Part shown: one piece after another, positions 19,370 to 28,620 of the stretch
Layout: the number at the start of each line of letters is the position of its first letter
Position numbering within the stretch: the stretch's first letter is position 1
Assembly (NCBI GenBank): GCA_963797095.1
Contig: CAWCNY010000004.1
Span: forward strand, 640,001 to 704,000
Direction: 5' to 3'
Source: an uncultured Chloroflexia bacterium
GTDB taxonomy: Bacteria; Chloroflexota; Chloroflexia; QHBQ01; JADMIH01
DNA: 64,000 nt
Program-made: the position numbers and the translations under genes
The notes under the pieces: model-generated
Told to the model about the DNA's origin: nothing
The model's input: only the letters and a program-made list of their open reading frames with translations
Databases searched by the model: none

Positions 19370-19405
19370 GATAATGTTCCTCTAGGGTAGTTTTCGTACG
19401 AGCCG

Positions 19406-20218
19406 CTATGCAGCCTGCTCGATATTTCTTTCTCCATTTCTGAAGTGCCAGGGGATGACAACGCGCTCCAGCAACGAGGTCAGCAGGAAGAAGGTCACGC
19501 TCAGGGCTGAGATAACCAGGATCGCGGCGAAAACGGTGGGCACATCAAACGCGTGCTGCTTGCGCTGCATGTAGATGCCCAACCCCCACTCAGAGCCTAC
19601 GTACTCGCCCCAGATCGCCCCGGTCACGCTGTAGGTAATGGCGATTTTGATGCCCGAAAAGAGGGAAGGGAGAGCGCCTGGGAAACGCACCTGCCTGAAG
19701 ATGGTCCATGTACTGGCCCCAAATGTCCTGAATAGCCTGATCAATTCAGGATCGGTGGCGCTGAACCCGTCGGCCCCGGCCACCACAATAGGGAAGAAGC
19801 ATACTATCCCCACAATGAGCACTTTGGGAAGTATGCCGAACCCGAACCACAGCACCATGAGGGGCGCGAGAGCCAGCAGCGGGATGGTCTGGGAGACCAC
19901 CAGCAGAGGATAGATGGCACGGCGCAACAAGGGGCTTACGTCGATGATTATCGCGAAGCCGAGTCCGACGAGGAGCGCCAGGGCGAATCCGATGGCGGTT
20001 TCGATAATGGTTTGCCATGTATTAGGCGCTATATCGGCGGAATTATCTATCAGCGCAGCAAGGATGGCCGTTGGGGCGGGCAGCAGGCGAGCGCCGCCTG
20101 GTACAGCCCCTAGCACCAGGCGCGAATAGGCTTCCCACACTGCAACGATCAAGACGAGGGCAAGAGCAGGAGGCAAGAGGGCGCCCGCCGTTCGCCTGCC
20201 GGTCAGGATCGGGTTCAT
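19406..20218 (-). CDS. ABC importer permease (SsuC/ThiX type)
   Basis: QTIPLLALAPL...WFGFG, EAA-like FGAS...VRFPGALP. Confidence 0.93.
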   Translation of the reverse strand: MNPILTGRRTAGALLPPALALVLIVAVWEAYSRLVLGAVPGGARLLPAPTAILAALIDNSADIAPNTWQTIIETAIGFALALLVGLGFAIIIDVSPLLRRAIYPLLVVSQTIPLLALAPLMVLWFGFGILPKVLIVGIVCFFPIVVAGADGFSATDPELIRLFRTFGASTWTIFRQVRFPGALPSLFSGIKIAITYSVTGAIWGEYVGSEWGLGIYMQRKQHAFDVPTVFAAILVISALSVTFFLLTSLLERVVIPWHFRNGERNIEQAA

Positions 20219-21087
20219 AGCGTCCTGCCCACCCTTTCGGTGCTGTCTAGGCCGCCGCTTGATTTGAGAATATTGAGAAGGCGCTGTCGATAACCCGAGA
20301 ACCGTTCGTCGCTCAGACTGGCGAGGGAGCGTGGACGCTCGATTTCGATGTTCACCCGCGCCACCACATGGCCGGGCCTGGGCGATAGAACATACACGGT
20401 ATCAGACAATAGGATCGCCTCGTCAACATCGTGCGTTACAAGAATGAAGGTACTACCCATGCGGGCCGAAGCCGCAATCAACCATTCGTGCATCCCCGCT
20501 CGCGTAAGAGCGTCGAGGGCACCGAAAGGCTCATCCATGAGCATCAGGCCGCGCTCAAGGATTGCGGAGCGTATGAAGGATACGCGCTGGCGCATGCCTC
20601 CTGATAGTTGTGAAGGATAGCTATTCGCGAAGCCCTCAAGCCCAAGCTCTCGAAACAGAGGCAGCACACGCTCACGCGCTTGTGGCTTGGAAACGCCCTC
20701 CACCTCAAGGCCCACCGCTGCGTTGTCCAGCGCGCTACGCCAGGGGAGAAGAAGATCGCGCTGGGGCATGTAACCCACTGCTGATTTTGGATTTCGGATT
20801 TTGGATTTTGGATTAGGCACGAGATCAGCCGTTGCAACGGGCGACCTATAAGGCGTCAGTGTTACAGTTCCACTGTCGGTAACATCCAAGCCTGCCAGGA
20901 TCCCCAGAAGAGTGCTCTTTCCTGAGCCTGACGGCCCGAGGATGCTGGTGAAACTGCCCGCAGGCACATAGAGATCGAGGTCGCGGATGGCCTGGACGCG
21001 ACCGCCGCCTTCGCGCCGGAACGACTTGCTCACGCCGCGCACCTGCACCTCAATTGGCACTATCTTATTTGCTATCTGGACTGTCAT
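20215..21087 (-). CDS. ABC importer ATPase (SsuB/ThiZ type) with a repeat-derived insert
   Basis: GPSGSGKS, LSGGMRQR, MDEPFGALD; PNPKSKIRNPKS insert. Confidence 0.95.
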   Translation of the reverse strand: MTVQIANKIVPIEVQVRGVSKSFRREGGGRVQAIRDLDLYVPAGSFTSILGPSGSGKSTLLGILAGLDVTDSGTVTLTPYRSPVATADLVPNPKSKIRNPKSAVGYMPQRDLLLPWRSALDNAAVGLEVEGVSKPQARERVLPLFRELGLEGFANSYPSQLSGGMRQRVSFIRSAILERGLMLMDEPFGALDALTRAGMHEWLIAASARMGSTFILVTHDVDEAILLSDTVYVLSPRPGHVVARVNIEIERPRSLASLSDERFSGYRQRLLNILKSSGGLDSTERVGRTL

Positions 21088-21157
21088 ACAATTGGCCGCA
21101 CAACAAAAAGAGCGTCATGAGTGATGTACCCCGGCGCTCTGAAGCTACTGTGCGATG

Positions 21158-21246
21158 GCTTCCTTCGCCGGCATTACCCGGATCAGGTTCAAGCGGTCGA
21201 CGGCGGGTCTGGCCGTCCTCTCAGCCTGTGTCCACAGGCCCCCGCG
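21158..21246 (-). promoter_or_regulatory. TPP riboswitch; terminator at ~21103-21140
   Basis: Minus strand GGGG...GCTGAGAG...GAACCTGATCCGGGTAATGCCGGCGAAGGAAG upstream of a thiamine-precursor ABC operon. Confidence 0.95.
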
Positions 21247-21324
21247 CTCTCCATATTGAATTGTGATCCTCCCTGATATCGTACCAGATAAAGGCTTACC
21301 GTGCAAGATTCACGCGCACGATGC

Positions 21325-23184
21325 TCATGCTCGGCGACCGAATTCCCGCTCTAATTGGAGTGTTGAGAGATGAAGCATGGTTGGTCTGCCGTGCGCACAA
21401 GCCCTGGGGTGCTGGCATAACTCAAGTCGTCCGAGCAGAGCACGCATCTCGTCGATCGAAAGGGTTTGCCCGGCCCGCACTGCACTATGGCAGGCCAGAG
21501 TGATCGCCATCTCCTCACGCCACCGCTCAGGGCGACTGCCGTGCATTACCGTGTCGAGAATCTCAAGGAGGTCGCGCCCGATATCACGCTTCAACTCGGC
21601 GTAGATGGCGGGTACGGCCCGCACCAGCACAGTGCCGTCTCCGAACGGCTCGAGTGCGAATCCCAGTTCGGCCATTAAAGGTATGATTCCCTCGACCTCA
21701 GCATACTGGGCGGCGCTGAATTGCAGTGGCACAGGTTGAAGTAATGGCTGGATCGGGAGGTCGCCATTCGCCAGTTGAGCGCCCATCCGCTCGTATAGCA
21801 CGCGCTCATGGGCGGCATGTTGATCGACCAGGAAGAGGCCGTCCGGGCCTTCAGCGATGATATAGGTGTTGCCAACCTGCCCTACCACTCGCAGTGGAGG
21901 TAGGTTGCGCGGCGGAGGTGGAGGCAGAGGCTCTACGGCATCATTGTCGAACGCCTGATGCGTGCTACCAACGCCCATACGCCATAGCTCGCTCTGCAAA
22001 GGCCCTGCCGGGGTCTCCCCATTGATACCTGAAGCGGTAGGCTCTAGGCCGAAGGTGGGCCCAAACTCCAACTCGATGCCGCCCTCATTCGACGGCAAGG
22101 CCCACCCTTCAGAGCCACGCGATCCATAGACAGGCGGCGTAACATGAGCCGTAAGAGCCGAACGCACCGCGCGCTGCACGGCGCTGAACATGGCGCGTTC
22201 GTCGCGGAATTTGACTTCGGCCTTGGCAGGGTGAACATTCACATCCACCAGCGTAGGGTCAACCAGCACATTGATTATGCAGAGCGGACGCCTGCCAACC
22301 ATCAAAAGGGTATGATAGGCTTCTTCGACAGCGTAGATCAACATACGGCTCTGGACAGAGCGGCCATTCACAAAAAAGTGCATCGCCTGTCTGTTGGAGC
22401 GCGACATCAACGGAGGCGCGACATAACCATAGACGCGCACCCCCTCGCTTGAGATCGCTTCCCAATCCTCATCCTCGTCAGGTTCCAGTCCTACGGGGAG
22501 GAGGGCGCGTGCCACTTCGGGGCCGTACACGCTCATGGCTGCCGCGCGTAGGTCGCTATTACCGGGGGATTGGAATGTGAGCCGTCCCTCGTTGGTGAGA
22601 CTGAAAGTCACGGCGGGGTGAGCAAGTGCGTAGCTTTGCACCAGCGCAGATATGTGCGCACCTTCTGCCTGTGCGCTCTTGAGGAACTTGAGGCGCGCGG
22701 GTAGATTGTAAAATAGCTCGCGCACAGTGACGATCGTGCCCGGCGGCGAGCCACGCGGTCCATCGGAAACCGGGCGGCCACCCTCCAGCGCCAATTCGTA
22801 GCCCACCTGCTCGCCCGTTGGCCTGCTAACGAATGAAAGGCGGCTAACAGCGGCAATGCTGTACAGGGCCTCGCCCCGGAAACCGAGCGTGCGCACAGTC
22901 CACAGGTCGTCGGCGGTCTTGATTTTGCTCGTAGCGTGGCGCAAGAAGGCGCGAGGCATATCATCACGCGTGACGCCGAAACCATCGTCAATGATCCGGA
23001 TGAGGTCGCGCCCACCGCCCCTGATCTCGACGCGCACATGGCGAGCACCTGCGTCGATGGCGTTGTCAAGCAGCTCGCGCACCACCGATGCGGGACGCTC
23101 CACCACTTCCCCTGCGGCGATCTTGGATGCTACCTCGTCGGGAAGGACATTTATTCTCCTGGGTCCGGTTACTCCTGTTGACAT
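21325..23184 (-). CDS. mutL: DNA mismatch repair protein MutL
   Basis: IAAGEVVERPASVVRELLDN, RHATSKI, GFRGEAL, DQHAAHER, ACH and CAHGRP. Confidence 0.98.
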   Translation of the reverse strand: MSTGVTGPRRINVLPDEVASKIAAGEVVERPASVVRELLDNAIDAGARHVRVEIRGGGRDLIRIIDDGFGVTRDDMPRAFLRHATSKIKTADDLWTVRTLGFRGEALYSIAAVSRLSFVSRPTGEQVGYELALEGGRPVSDGPRGSPPGTIVTVRELFYNLPARLKFLKSAQAEGAHISALVQSYALAHPAVTFSLTNEGRLTFQSPGNSDLRAAAMSVYGPEVARALLPVGLEPDEDEDWEAISSEGVRVYGYVAPPLMSRSNRQAMHFFVNGRSVQSRMLIYAVEEAYHTLLMVGRRPLCIINVLVDPTLVDVNVHPAKAEVKFRDERAMFSAVQRAVRSALTAHVTPPVYGSRGSEGWALPSNEGGIELEFGPTFGLEPTASGINGETPAGPLQSELWRMGVGSTHQAFDNDAVEPLPPPPPRNLPPLRVVGQVGNTYIIAEGPDGLFLVDQHAAHERVLYERMGAQLANGDLPIQPLLQPVPLQFSAAQYAEVEGIIPLMAELGFALEPFGDGTVLVRAVPAIYAELKRDIGRDLLEILDTVMHGSRPERWREEMAITLACHSAVRAGQTLSIDEMRALLGRLELCQHPRACAHGRPTMLHLSTLQLEREFGRRA

Positions 23185-23242
23185 TGGTGGTTCTTACTGA
23201 GTGCTCTGTACTGCTTACTGCGTATTGCATATTCCTTATCGT

Positions 23243-23836
23243 TCAGGTATTTGCCAGGTGCTTGCGCGTGGTGAGGGCCTCTGACAGGTGCATGAAGTGA
23301 TGGCCTGTAGCTGGCATATTGAACAGGAAGCGCTTGGTTTTGCCCTGCCAGAAGCGGGCCACGCGGTACGCTTCCTCCACCAGGGCACCTGATTCGATGA
23401 GAGTTGCTATATGCACGTCATCAACAATCAGGTCAAGTTGATCCAGGGTGATCGCACTCGCGATCTGGCGCGTGCGCACACCCACCGCCCGGCGGTACGC
23501 GAATAGGGCCGGAATATCCACCTTCCGGCTGATGTCAGATACTTCATCGTCGGACATCGAGGTGCCTACATCGCTCCGGGTGAGGTTCAGGCGGGTAATC
23601 CACTCTTGGTCTAATACCTGCCGCCCCTCGGCTACAAGGATATTGATCGCCGCGTCTTCAATGCGGGCGGTATGCCAGAGCAACCACGCGATTGAGTTCA
23701 TCCCCGGACGTGGGCATGTGCGCAACTGCTCTTCGGTAAGGCCCTTCACGATCTGGTCGGCAAGGTACCACTCGCCCTGGCCTTCGCTAACCTCGGCGGT
23801 GTGGACTATTGAATGTTGGTTGAGGAAGGTGTCCAT
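23243..23836 (-). CDS. DinB/YfiT-family protein
   Basis: NSIAWLLWH...ED and H..MHLSE metal residues; start uncertain (ATG 23836 preferred). Confidence 0.85.
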   Translation of the reverse strand: MDTFLNQHSIVHTAEVSEGQGEWYLADQIVKGLTEEQLRTCPRPGMNSIAWLLWHTARIEDAAINILVAEGRQVLDQEWITRLNLTRSDVGTSMSDDEVSDISRKVDIPALFAYRRAVGVRTRQIASAITLDQLDLIVDDVHIATLIESGALVEEAYRVARFWQGKTKRFLFNMPATGHHFMHLSEALTTRKHLANT

Positions 23837-23865
23837 AGTTCGTATTGCATACAGCTTGCCTTCAT

Positions 23866-25644
23866 TCACTCGCCACTCGCCACTCGCCACTCGTCAACAA
23901 ACAGGCTGCATAGCTCGAATTTTACCACGTCCACCAACCCCAGGTCAGTCAGCTTTAGCTCAGGGATTACGGGCAGAGCCAGGAAGGCCATCTGCATATA
24001 GGGGTTGGCGAGCGGACAGCCTAGCTCGCGGGCAGCGGCGAGGAGTTTCAGCAAGCCCTCGCGCACAACCGCATGAGGCTTGTCGGACATGAGGCCAGCT
24101 ACCGGCAGAGGCAGTTGGGCCAGCACCGTGCCATCCATCACAGCCGCGATACCCCCTTGCATATCGTTTACTGTACGAGCCGCTAGCATCATATCGGCAT
24201 CGTTGGTGCCAACAACCACCACATTGTGCGAGTCGTGAGCGATGCTCGAAGCAAGCGCACCTTTCTTGAGGCCCATGCCCGTGACGAGCGCAACCCCAAC
24301 ATGGCATGTGCCGCTGTGCCGCTCCACCACCGCGATCTTGAGAAGGTCGCGTCTTACATCTGCTATCACGCGGCCCTCTTCGACCTTCGGCTCAGTCACT
24401 TCCGCTTTAGTGACGATTTGCTCAGGCAATACGCGGATTACTCTGGCTTGCTTGCCTCCGGCAACGATCTCAAATGAGCGTTCTGTGACAAAGCTGGCGG
24501 TCATATTGTTGGGCGGAGGCTGGACACGATTGCGCACAGGCGAGAGGGTTTGCCCATCTAGTGCGACCAGTTTTCCCGCCGCAAAGGTGCGGGTTGGCCT
24601 GATATTCTTCAGGTCGCGGAAAGTCACTATGTCGGCGTGATAGCCCGGCGCGATTGCGCCCAGATCGTTGAGTCCGTAGTGGCGGGCAGTGTTGATGCTC
24701 GCCATCTGCAAAGCCAGTATCGGATCGAGGCCCTGGGCCACCGCCTTGCGAATGTTGTGGTCTATGTGGCCCTGTGTTTCCAGGTCGTCCGGCTGCTTGT
24801 CGTCGGTGGCCCATGAGCAGAAGCGGGCAGTACGCTCATTGACGATGGGCAAAATCGCATCCAGGTTCTTGGCGGTGGACCCTTCGCGGATGAGCACCTG
24901 CACACCAGCGCGCAGTTTATCAAGCGTCTCGGCGGCAGCCACGCTCTCGTGGTCTGACGACACGCCCGCCGCCGCGTATGCCTGCAAAGTCAGCCCGCGC
25001 ACCAAGGGCGCGTGCCCGTCAACCCTTATTCTATTTGTGTGCCCCAGGAGGGCTTTGGCAGCCATATCGTCGGAGGCTGACACCACGCCAGGGTAATTCA
25101 TCATCTCAGCGATACCGAGCACGCGCGGCTCGTCCAACAGGGTCGCCAGGTCATCGGCGCTCAGGCGTGCCCCTGAGGTCTCCATATGGGTGGCAGGCAC
25201 ACACGACGATAGCATCACGAACACGTGCAGAGGCAATCCCTCGCTTGCACGCAGCATAAACCTGATGCCATCCAGGCCATGCACATTGGCGATCTCATGT
25301 GGGTCGCTGACAACGGCTATGGTGCCATGTGGCAGCACTGCGTTAGCATATTCGGCAGGGAGCATGAGGCTGCTCTCGATGTGCACATGGGCATCTATGA
25401 AGCCCGGTGCGACAAAATCACCCCCCACGTCCATCGTCTCACGGGCGCTATAGACACCAGGCTGCTCTGAAACCCCGGCGATCCGGCCACCCTGGATCGC
25501 AATCTCCGCAGGGTAAATCTCGCGGGTGAGGACATTCACTAGTTGGCAGCCTGTGAGGAGCAGGTCTGCCGGTGCATCGCCGCGCGCCACCGCCAGCAGC
25601 GCGCGCATCTCGGCATCGCTCGCCACGAAGCTCCTGACGCTCAC
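23866..25644 (-). CDS. ade: Adenine deaminase (AdeC type)
   Basis: PGFIDAHVHIESS, DPHEIANV, EMMNYPG, DGHAP, SIAHDSHN, LALPVIPELK. Confidence 0.96.
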   Translation of the reverse strand: MSVRSFVASDAEMRALLAVARGDAPADLLLTGCQLVNVLTREIYPAEIAIQGGRIAGVSEQPGVYSARETMDVGGDFVAPGFIDAHVHIESSLMLPAEYANAVLPHGTIAVVSDPHEIANVHGLDGIRFMLRASEGLPLHVFVMLSSCVPATHMETSGARLSADDLATLLDEPRVLGIAEMMNYPGVVSASDDMAAKALLGHTNRIRVDGHAPLVRGLTLQAYAAAGVSSDHESVAAAETLDKLRAGVQVLIREGSTAKNLDAILPIVNERTARFCSWATDDKQPDDLETQGHIDHNIRKAVAQGLDPILALQMASINTARHYGLNDLGAIAPGYHADIVTFRDLKNIRPTRTFAAGKLVALDGQTLSPVRNRVQPPPNNMTASFVTERSFEIVAGGKQARVIRVLPEQIVTKAEVTEPKVEEGRVIADVRRDLLKIAVVERHSGTCHVGVALVTGMGLKKGALASSIAHDSHNVVVVGTNDADMMLAARTVNDMQGGIAAVMDGTVLAQLPLPVAGLMSDKPHAVVREGLLKLLAAARELGCPLANPYMQMAFLALPVIPELKLTDLGLVDVVKFELCSLFVDEWRVASGE

Positions 25645-26189
25645 GGCCCATCTCCTCCCTGGGCTATACTCGTTATGCCCGCACGCTCCAAATCCGCCAT
25701 CGGGAAGGACATCTCGTTGGTCTGGGTGAAACCGAGTCGCTCATAGAGCGTCCTGCCCATCTCCGATGCGTGCAGCACCAGGCTGGATACTCCATGCTCT
25801 CAATTCCACCCCATAATTGCGCGCATCACCATCTCTCCAAGGCCCATGCGCCTCCATGCCTTCTCCGTGTAGACGTTCACGATCAGACCCTGTGGCCCAG
25901 GTTTCAGAAGATACCCATCGGTCGTTGGCCTGGGCAGAATGCGCCTAAACTGCACCCCTCCTCCTGCTACTACCATGCCGGGATCGGAGGCGGGAGTAAC
26001 TACCCACGCTACGCACTCGCCCGAAGGGATCGCCTCCCGGTAATAGGCTGCGGATGACTCCGCCAGGAGTGGATAGGCATCCTCGCGCAACTGGCCCATA
26101 TCCCGGAACATCTCGCACCTGTGCCGCACGAGGGCCGGTATATTCTCTACAGTCGCGGGGCGGATGTTGAACTGGGCAGGGCGTCCCAT
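25641..26189 (-). pseudogene. GNAT acetyltransferase interrupted by an in-frame TGA at 25800-25802
   Basis: Reads VYTEKAWRRMGLG...GWN*EHGVSSLVLHASEMGRTLYERLGF; distal stop overlaps the ade start (GTGA). Confidence 0.88.
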
Positions 26190-26191
26190 GT

Positions 26192-27499
26192 CTACTCGAT
26201 AGATAGAATATTCGCGAGGCTGTCCATATCGCGGGCGGGGCCGACAAGCGACAGATGCAGTTTATCCGTGCTAAATAATTGGCCCGCCAGGGTCTGTACC
26301 TCTTCCGCCGTGACCGCTTCGATCTTGTCCAGAACCTCGTCCATTGGCTCGATATGGCCGAGCATCAATTCCTGCCAGCCTCCCCAGTGAGCCACGTAGG
26401 TGCTTCGCTCCAGGCTCAGGAGGGTATTGCCTTTGATGTATTCCTTCACCTTGCGCAGCTCGGTGCCTGAAACAGGTTCGTGTTTGATCCGGGCTAGCTC
26501 ATCCATTATAGCCTGCAACGTTTCATCAACGCGCTCGTTATCCACAGCGGCATGCACACCGAATGCGCCTACATCATGGTATGTCTTTACGAAGCTGGAC
26601 ACGGCGTAGGCCAGGCCTCTGTTCTCCCTGATCTCGATGAAGAGGCGCGACGACATTCCCGCCCCAAGCAGAGCATCCAGCACATCTTGTGCGTAGCGCC
26701 CTGGGTGAGTATAGGGCAGCGCTGGCACGCCCACCAACAGGTTGGCTTGCTCGGTGCGCTTCTTGTAATGCGTAAGCCTGGGGCCGCGCTCGACCGTTGG
26801 GCTAACGTTTTCCTGATAGATACCATTCCCCGAGCGTGGCATATCGGCCCAAAGTTGAGAGATAGCTTCCACAACATCATCGTGGCTGACGTTGCCAGCC
26901 ACGCTCACCACAAGCGCGTCAGGGCGGTAATAATGCTCAACGTGCGCCAAAAGATTGTCCCTGGTGATACGCTTCACGCTCGCCTTGGTGCCGGCCACAT
27001 CTTTTCCGAGCGCGTGGCCGGGCCACAGCAAAGCGTCAAACTCAAGGTCGGCGATATCTGAGGGCGAATCGAAAGTTGAGTCGATCTCTTCCAGGATCAC
27101 ATCTCGCTCTTTGGCGATTTCTTCGGGCCTGTACTCGGAACCGCGCAGCATGTCGGTTAGCACGTCCAGGGCCGTATCCAGGTAGCTGCACGGCACAAGG
27201 GCACGATAGTTGGTATGCTCATGGTCGGTAGCCGCATTGAGGTTGCCCCCCACCCCCTCTATATCCTCCGAAATCTGGGCCGGGTTGGGGCGCTTATACG
27301 TGCCTTTGAAGACCATGTGCTCGATGAAGTGGCTAACTCCCGCCACCTTGGGGTTTTCATGGCGCGCCCCAACTCGCAGGTAAAGCTGCACCGCCGCCGA
27401 ACGCGTATGGGGCATGCTCGCCGTAACGACCCTCAAACCGTTGGCGAGGGTAGTCTTCTCATAAACTGTTTCTGTCTTATATGCCAGCTCTGTCTTCAT
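26192..27499 (-). CDS. M16-family zinc peptidase
   Basis: HFIEHMVFKGT (HxxEH), GMSSRLF.EIRENRGLAY; ATG 27499 just after the cinA stop. Confidence 0.95.
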   Translation of the reverse strand: MKTELAYKTETVYEKTTLANGLRVVTASMPHTRSAAVQLYLRVGARHENPKVAGVSHFIEHMVFKGTYKRPNPAQISEDIEGVGGNLNAATDHEHTNYRALVPCSYLDTALDVLTDMLRGSEYRPEEIAKERDVILEEIDSTFDSPSDIADLEFDALLWPGHALGKDVAGTKASVKRITRDNLLAHVEHYYRPDALVVSVAGNVSHDDVVEAISQLWADMPRSGNGIYQENVSPTVERGPRLTHYKKRTEQANLLVGVPALPYTHPGRYAQDVLDALLGAGMSSRLFIEIRENRGLAYAVSSFVKTYHDVGAFGVHAAVDNERVDETLQAIMDELARIKHEPVSGTELRKVKEYIKGNTLLSLERSTYVAHWGGWQELMLGHIEPMDEVLDKIEAVTAEEVQTLAGQLFSTDKLHLSLVGPARDMDSLANILSIE

Positions 27500-27504
27500 T
27501 TTGC

Positions 27505-27987
27505 TCAAAGTAGGTATTCCAGTATCAATTGTAGCGCCCGTCGAGCCGATTGCTCTCGATTCTCCTGGCGGTCGCCTTGCCATATATGTTGCTCAACCCT
27601 CTCAGACTGTGGGCCTGCGAGAGCGATGTAGGTCAGGCCGACGGGCTTGGCGGCGGTGCCGCCAACCGGCCCTGCCACGCCCGTTACCGAAACGGCGAGA
27701 TCGGATCCAACCAGCGAGCGCGCCCCCTTCGACATTGCGGCGGCGCACTCGGCGCTAACTGCCCCATACTCTCGGATGAGGTTAGCCGGTACGCCAAGCA
27801 CTCGCTCCTTTACGCTATTATCGTAAGAGATCACGCCGCCCAGGAAGTAGGCCGACGATCCGGGCACGGCGGTGATCCATTCACCGACCATGCCGCCCGT
27901 GCACAATTCGGCTACGGCGAGACGCAATCCTGCTTGCGTCAAAGCCTTGCCCACTTGAACCGCCAGGGCATAATCGTTCTCGTACAT
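27505..27987 (-). CDS. CinA/PncC-family protein (NMN deamidase fold) lacking the catalytic Ser
   Basis: AVAELCTGG (consensus AESCTGG), PGSSAYFLGG, GAVS, TGVAGP, KPVG. Confidence 0.9.
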   Translation of the reverse strand: MYENDYALAVQVGKALTQAGLRLAVAELCTGGMVGEWITAVPGSSAYFLGGVISYDNSVKERVLGVPANLIREYGAVSAECAAAMSKGARSLVGSDLAVSVTGVAGPVGGTAAKPVGLTYIALAGPQSERVEQHIWQGDRQENREQSARRALQLILEYLL

Positions 27988-28072
27988 CGTCCGCTAGAAG
28001 TCCCCAAAAGAGGGTAGTTCTATCAGTATACCACAGCCTTTTGATCTTCGTGGTATGTGGTGGGATAATTCA

Positions 28073-28166
28073 CAGGGCGGATGCAAAGAGTTGTAGGGGC
28101 GAGGCATGCCTCGCCCCTACAACGGATTTATCCTTCCAACCACATATTGACTTTGAATCCGCCCTG
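28073..28166. mobile_element. 94-bp MITE with an internal REP-like palindrome
   Basis: TIRs CAGGGCGGATGCAAAG / CAGGGCGGATTCAAAG (15/16); flanking direct repeats GGATAATTCA / GGATCATTCA (9/10); perfect 34-bp palindrome at 28090-28123. Confidence 0.8.
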
Positions 28167-28210
28167 GGATCATTCAGGACCATCAACAGCCTAGAAGGAC
28201 CCATTAACCC

Positions 28211-28543
28211 ATGAACACACTCCATTATGACCTCGCCTTACTCATAGGCAAAGAGAGCAGCGCCGAACAAGTACACCTGCTCCTGGCGGATGCACGCGAC
28301 TTCTTGCGCGCATTGGGAGAAGCGGATTTCACCCGGCATAACCTGGATCAAGGGCTGCGCGCCGTTGCAGGCAAACGGGGGATCGATCCTGCCTGGCTAT
28401 TTCGCCCGCTTCGCGTCGCCCTCCAGGGCAACATGGGGCAACCCGACCTCTACGAAACAATGCTGGCACTTAGGCGGGACCGCACCCTGAAGCTGGTAGA
28501 GGAGGCAATAAGATCTCTGGGCAGCATGGCAAATACAACATAG
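28211..28543 (+). CDS. Stand-alone protein resembling the GluRS anticodon-binding domain
   Basis: LFRPLRVALQG...PDLYETMLAL.RDRTL matches the GluRS C-terminal consensus; no catalytic domain upstream. Confidence 0.7.
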   Translation: MNTLHYDLALLIGKESSAEQVHLLLADARDFLRALGEADFTRHNLDQGLRAVAGKRGIDPAWLFRPLRVALQGNMGQPDLYETMLALRRDRTLKLVEEAIRSLGSMANTT

Positions 28544-28600
28544 TCAAGAACAAAGCGAGCGAGCAGCCAGGCTGCTCGCTCGCTTTGTTCTTGACTATGT
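28538..28600. terminator. Perfect inverted repeat with 31-bp arms between convergent genes
   Basis: ACATAGTCAAGAACAAAGCGAGCGAGCAGCC-A-reverse complement. Confidence 0.75.
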
Positions 28601-28620
28601 GTAAGACGTTATTGAATGCC

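Noticed and set aside
25800-25802. Selenocysteine codon in the GNAT gene
   Set aside because: The position corresponds to a basic residue in GNATs, not Cys; no sel genes in the window; nonsense mutation is simpler
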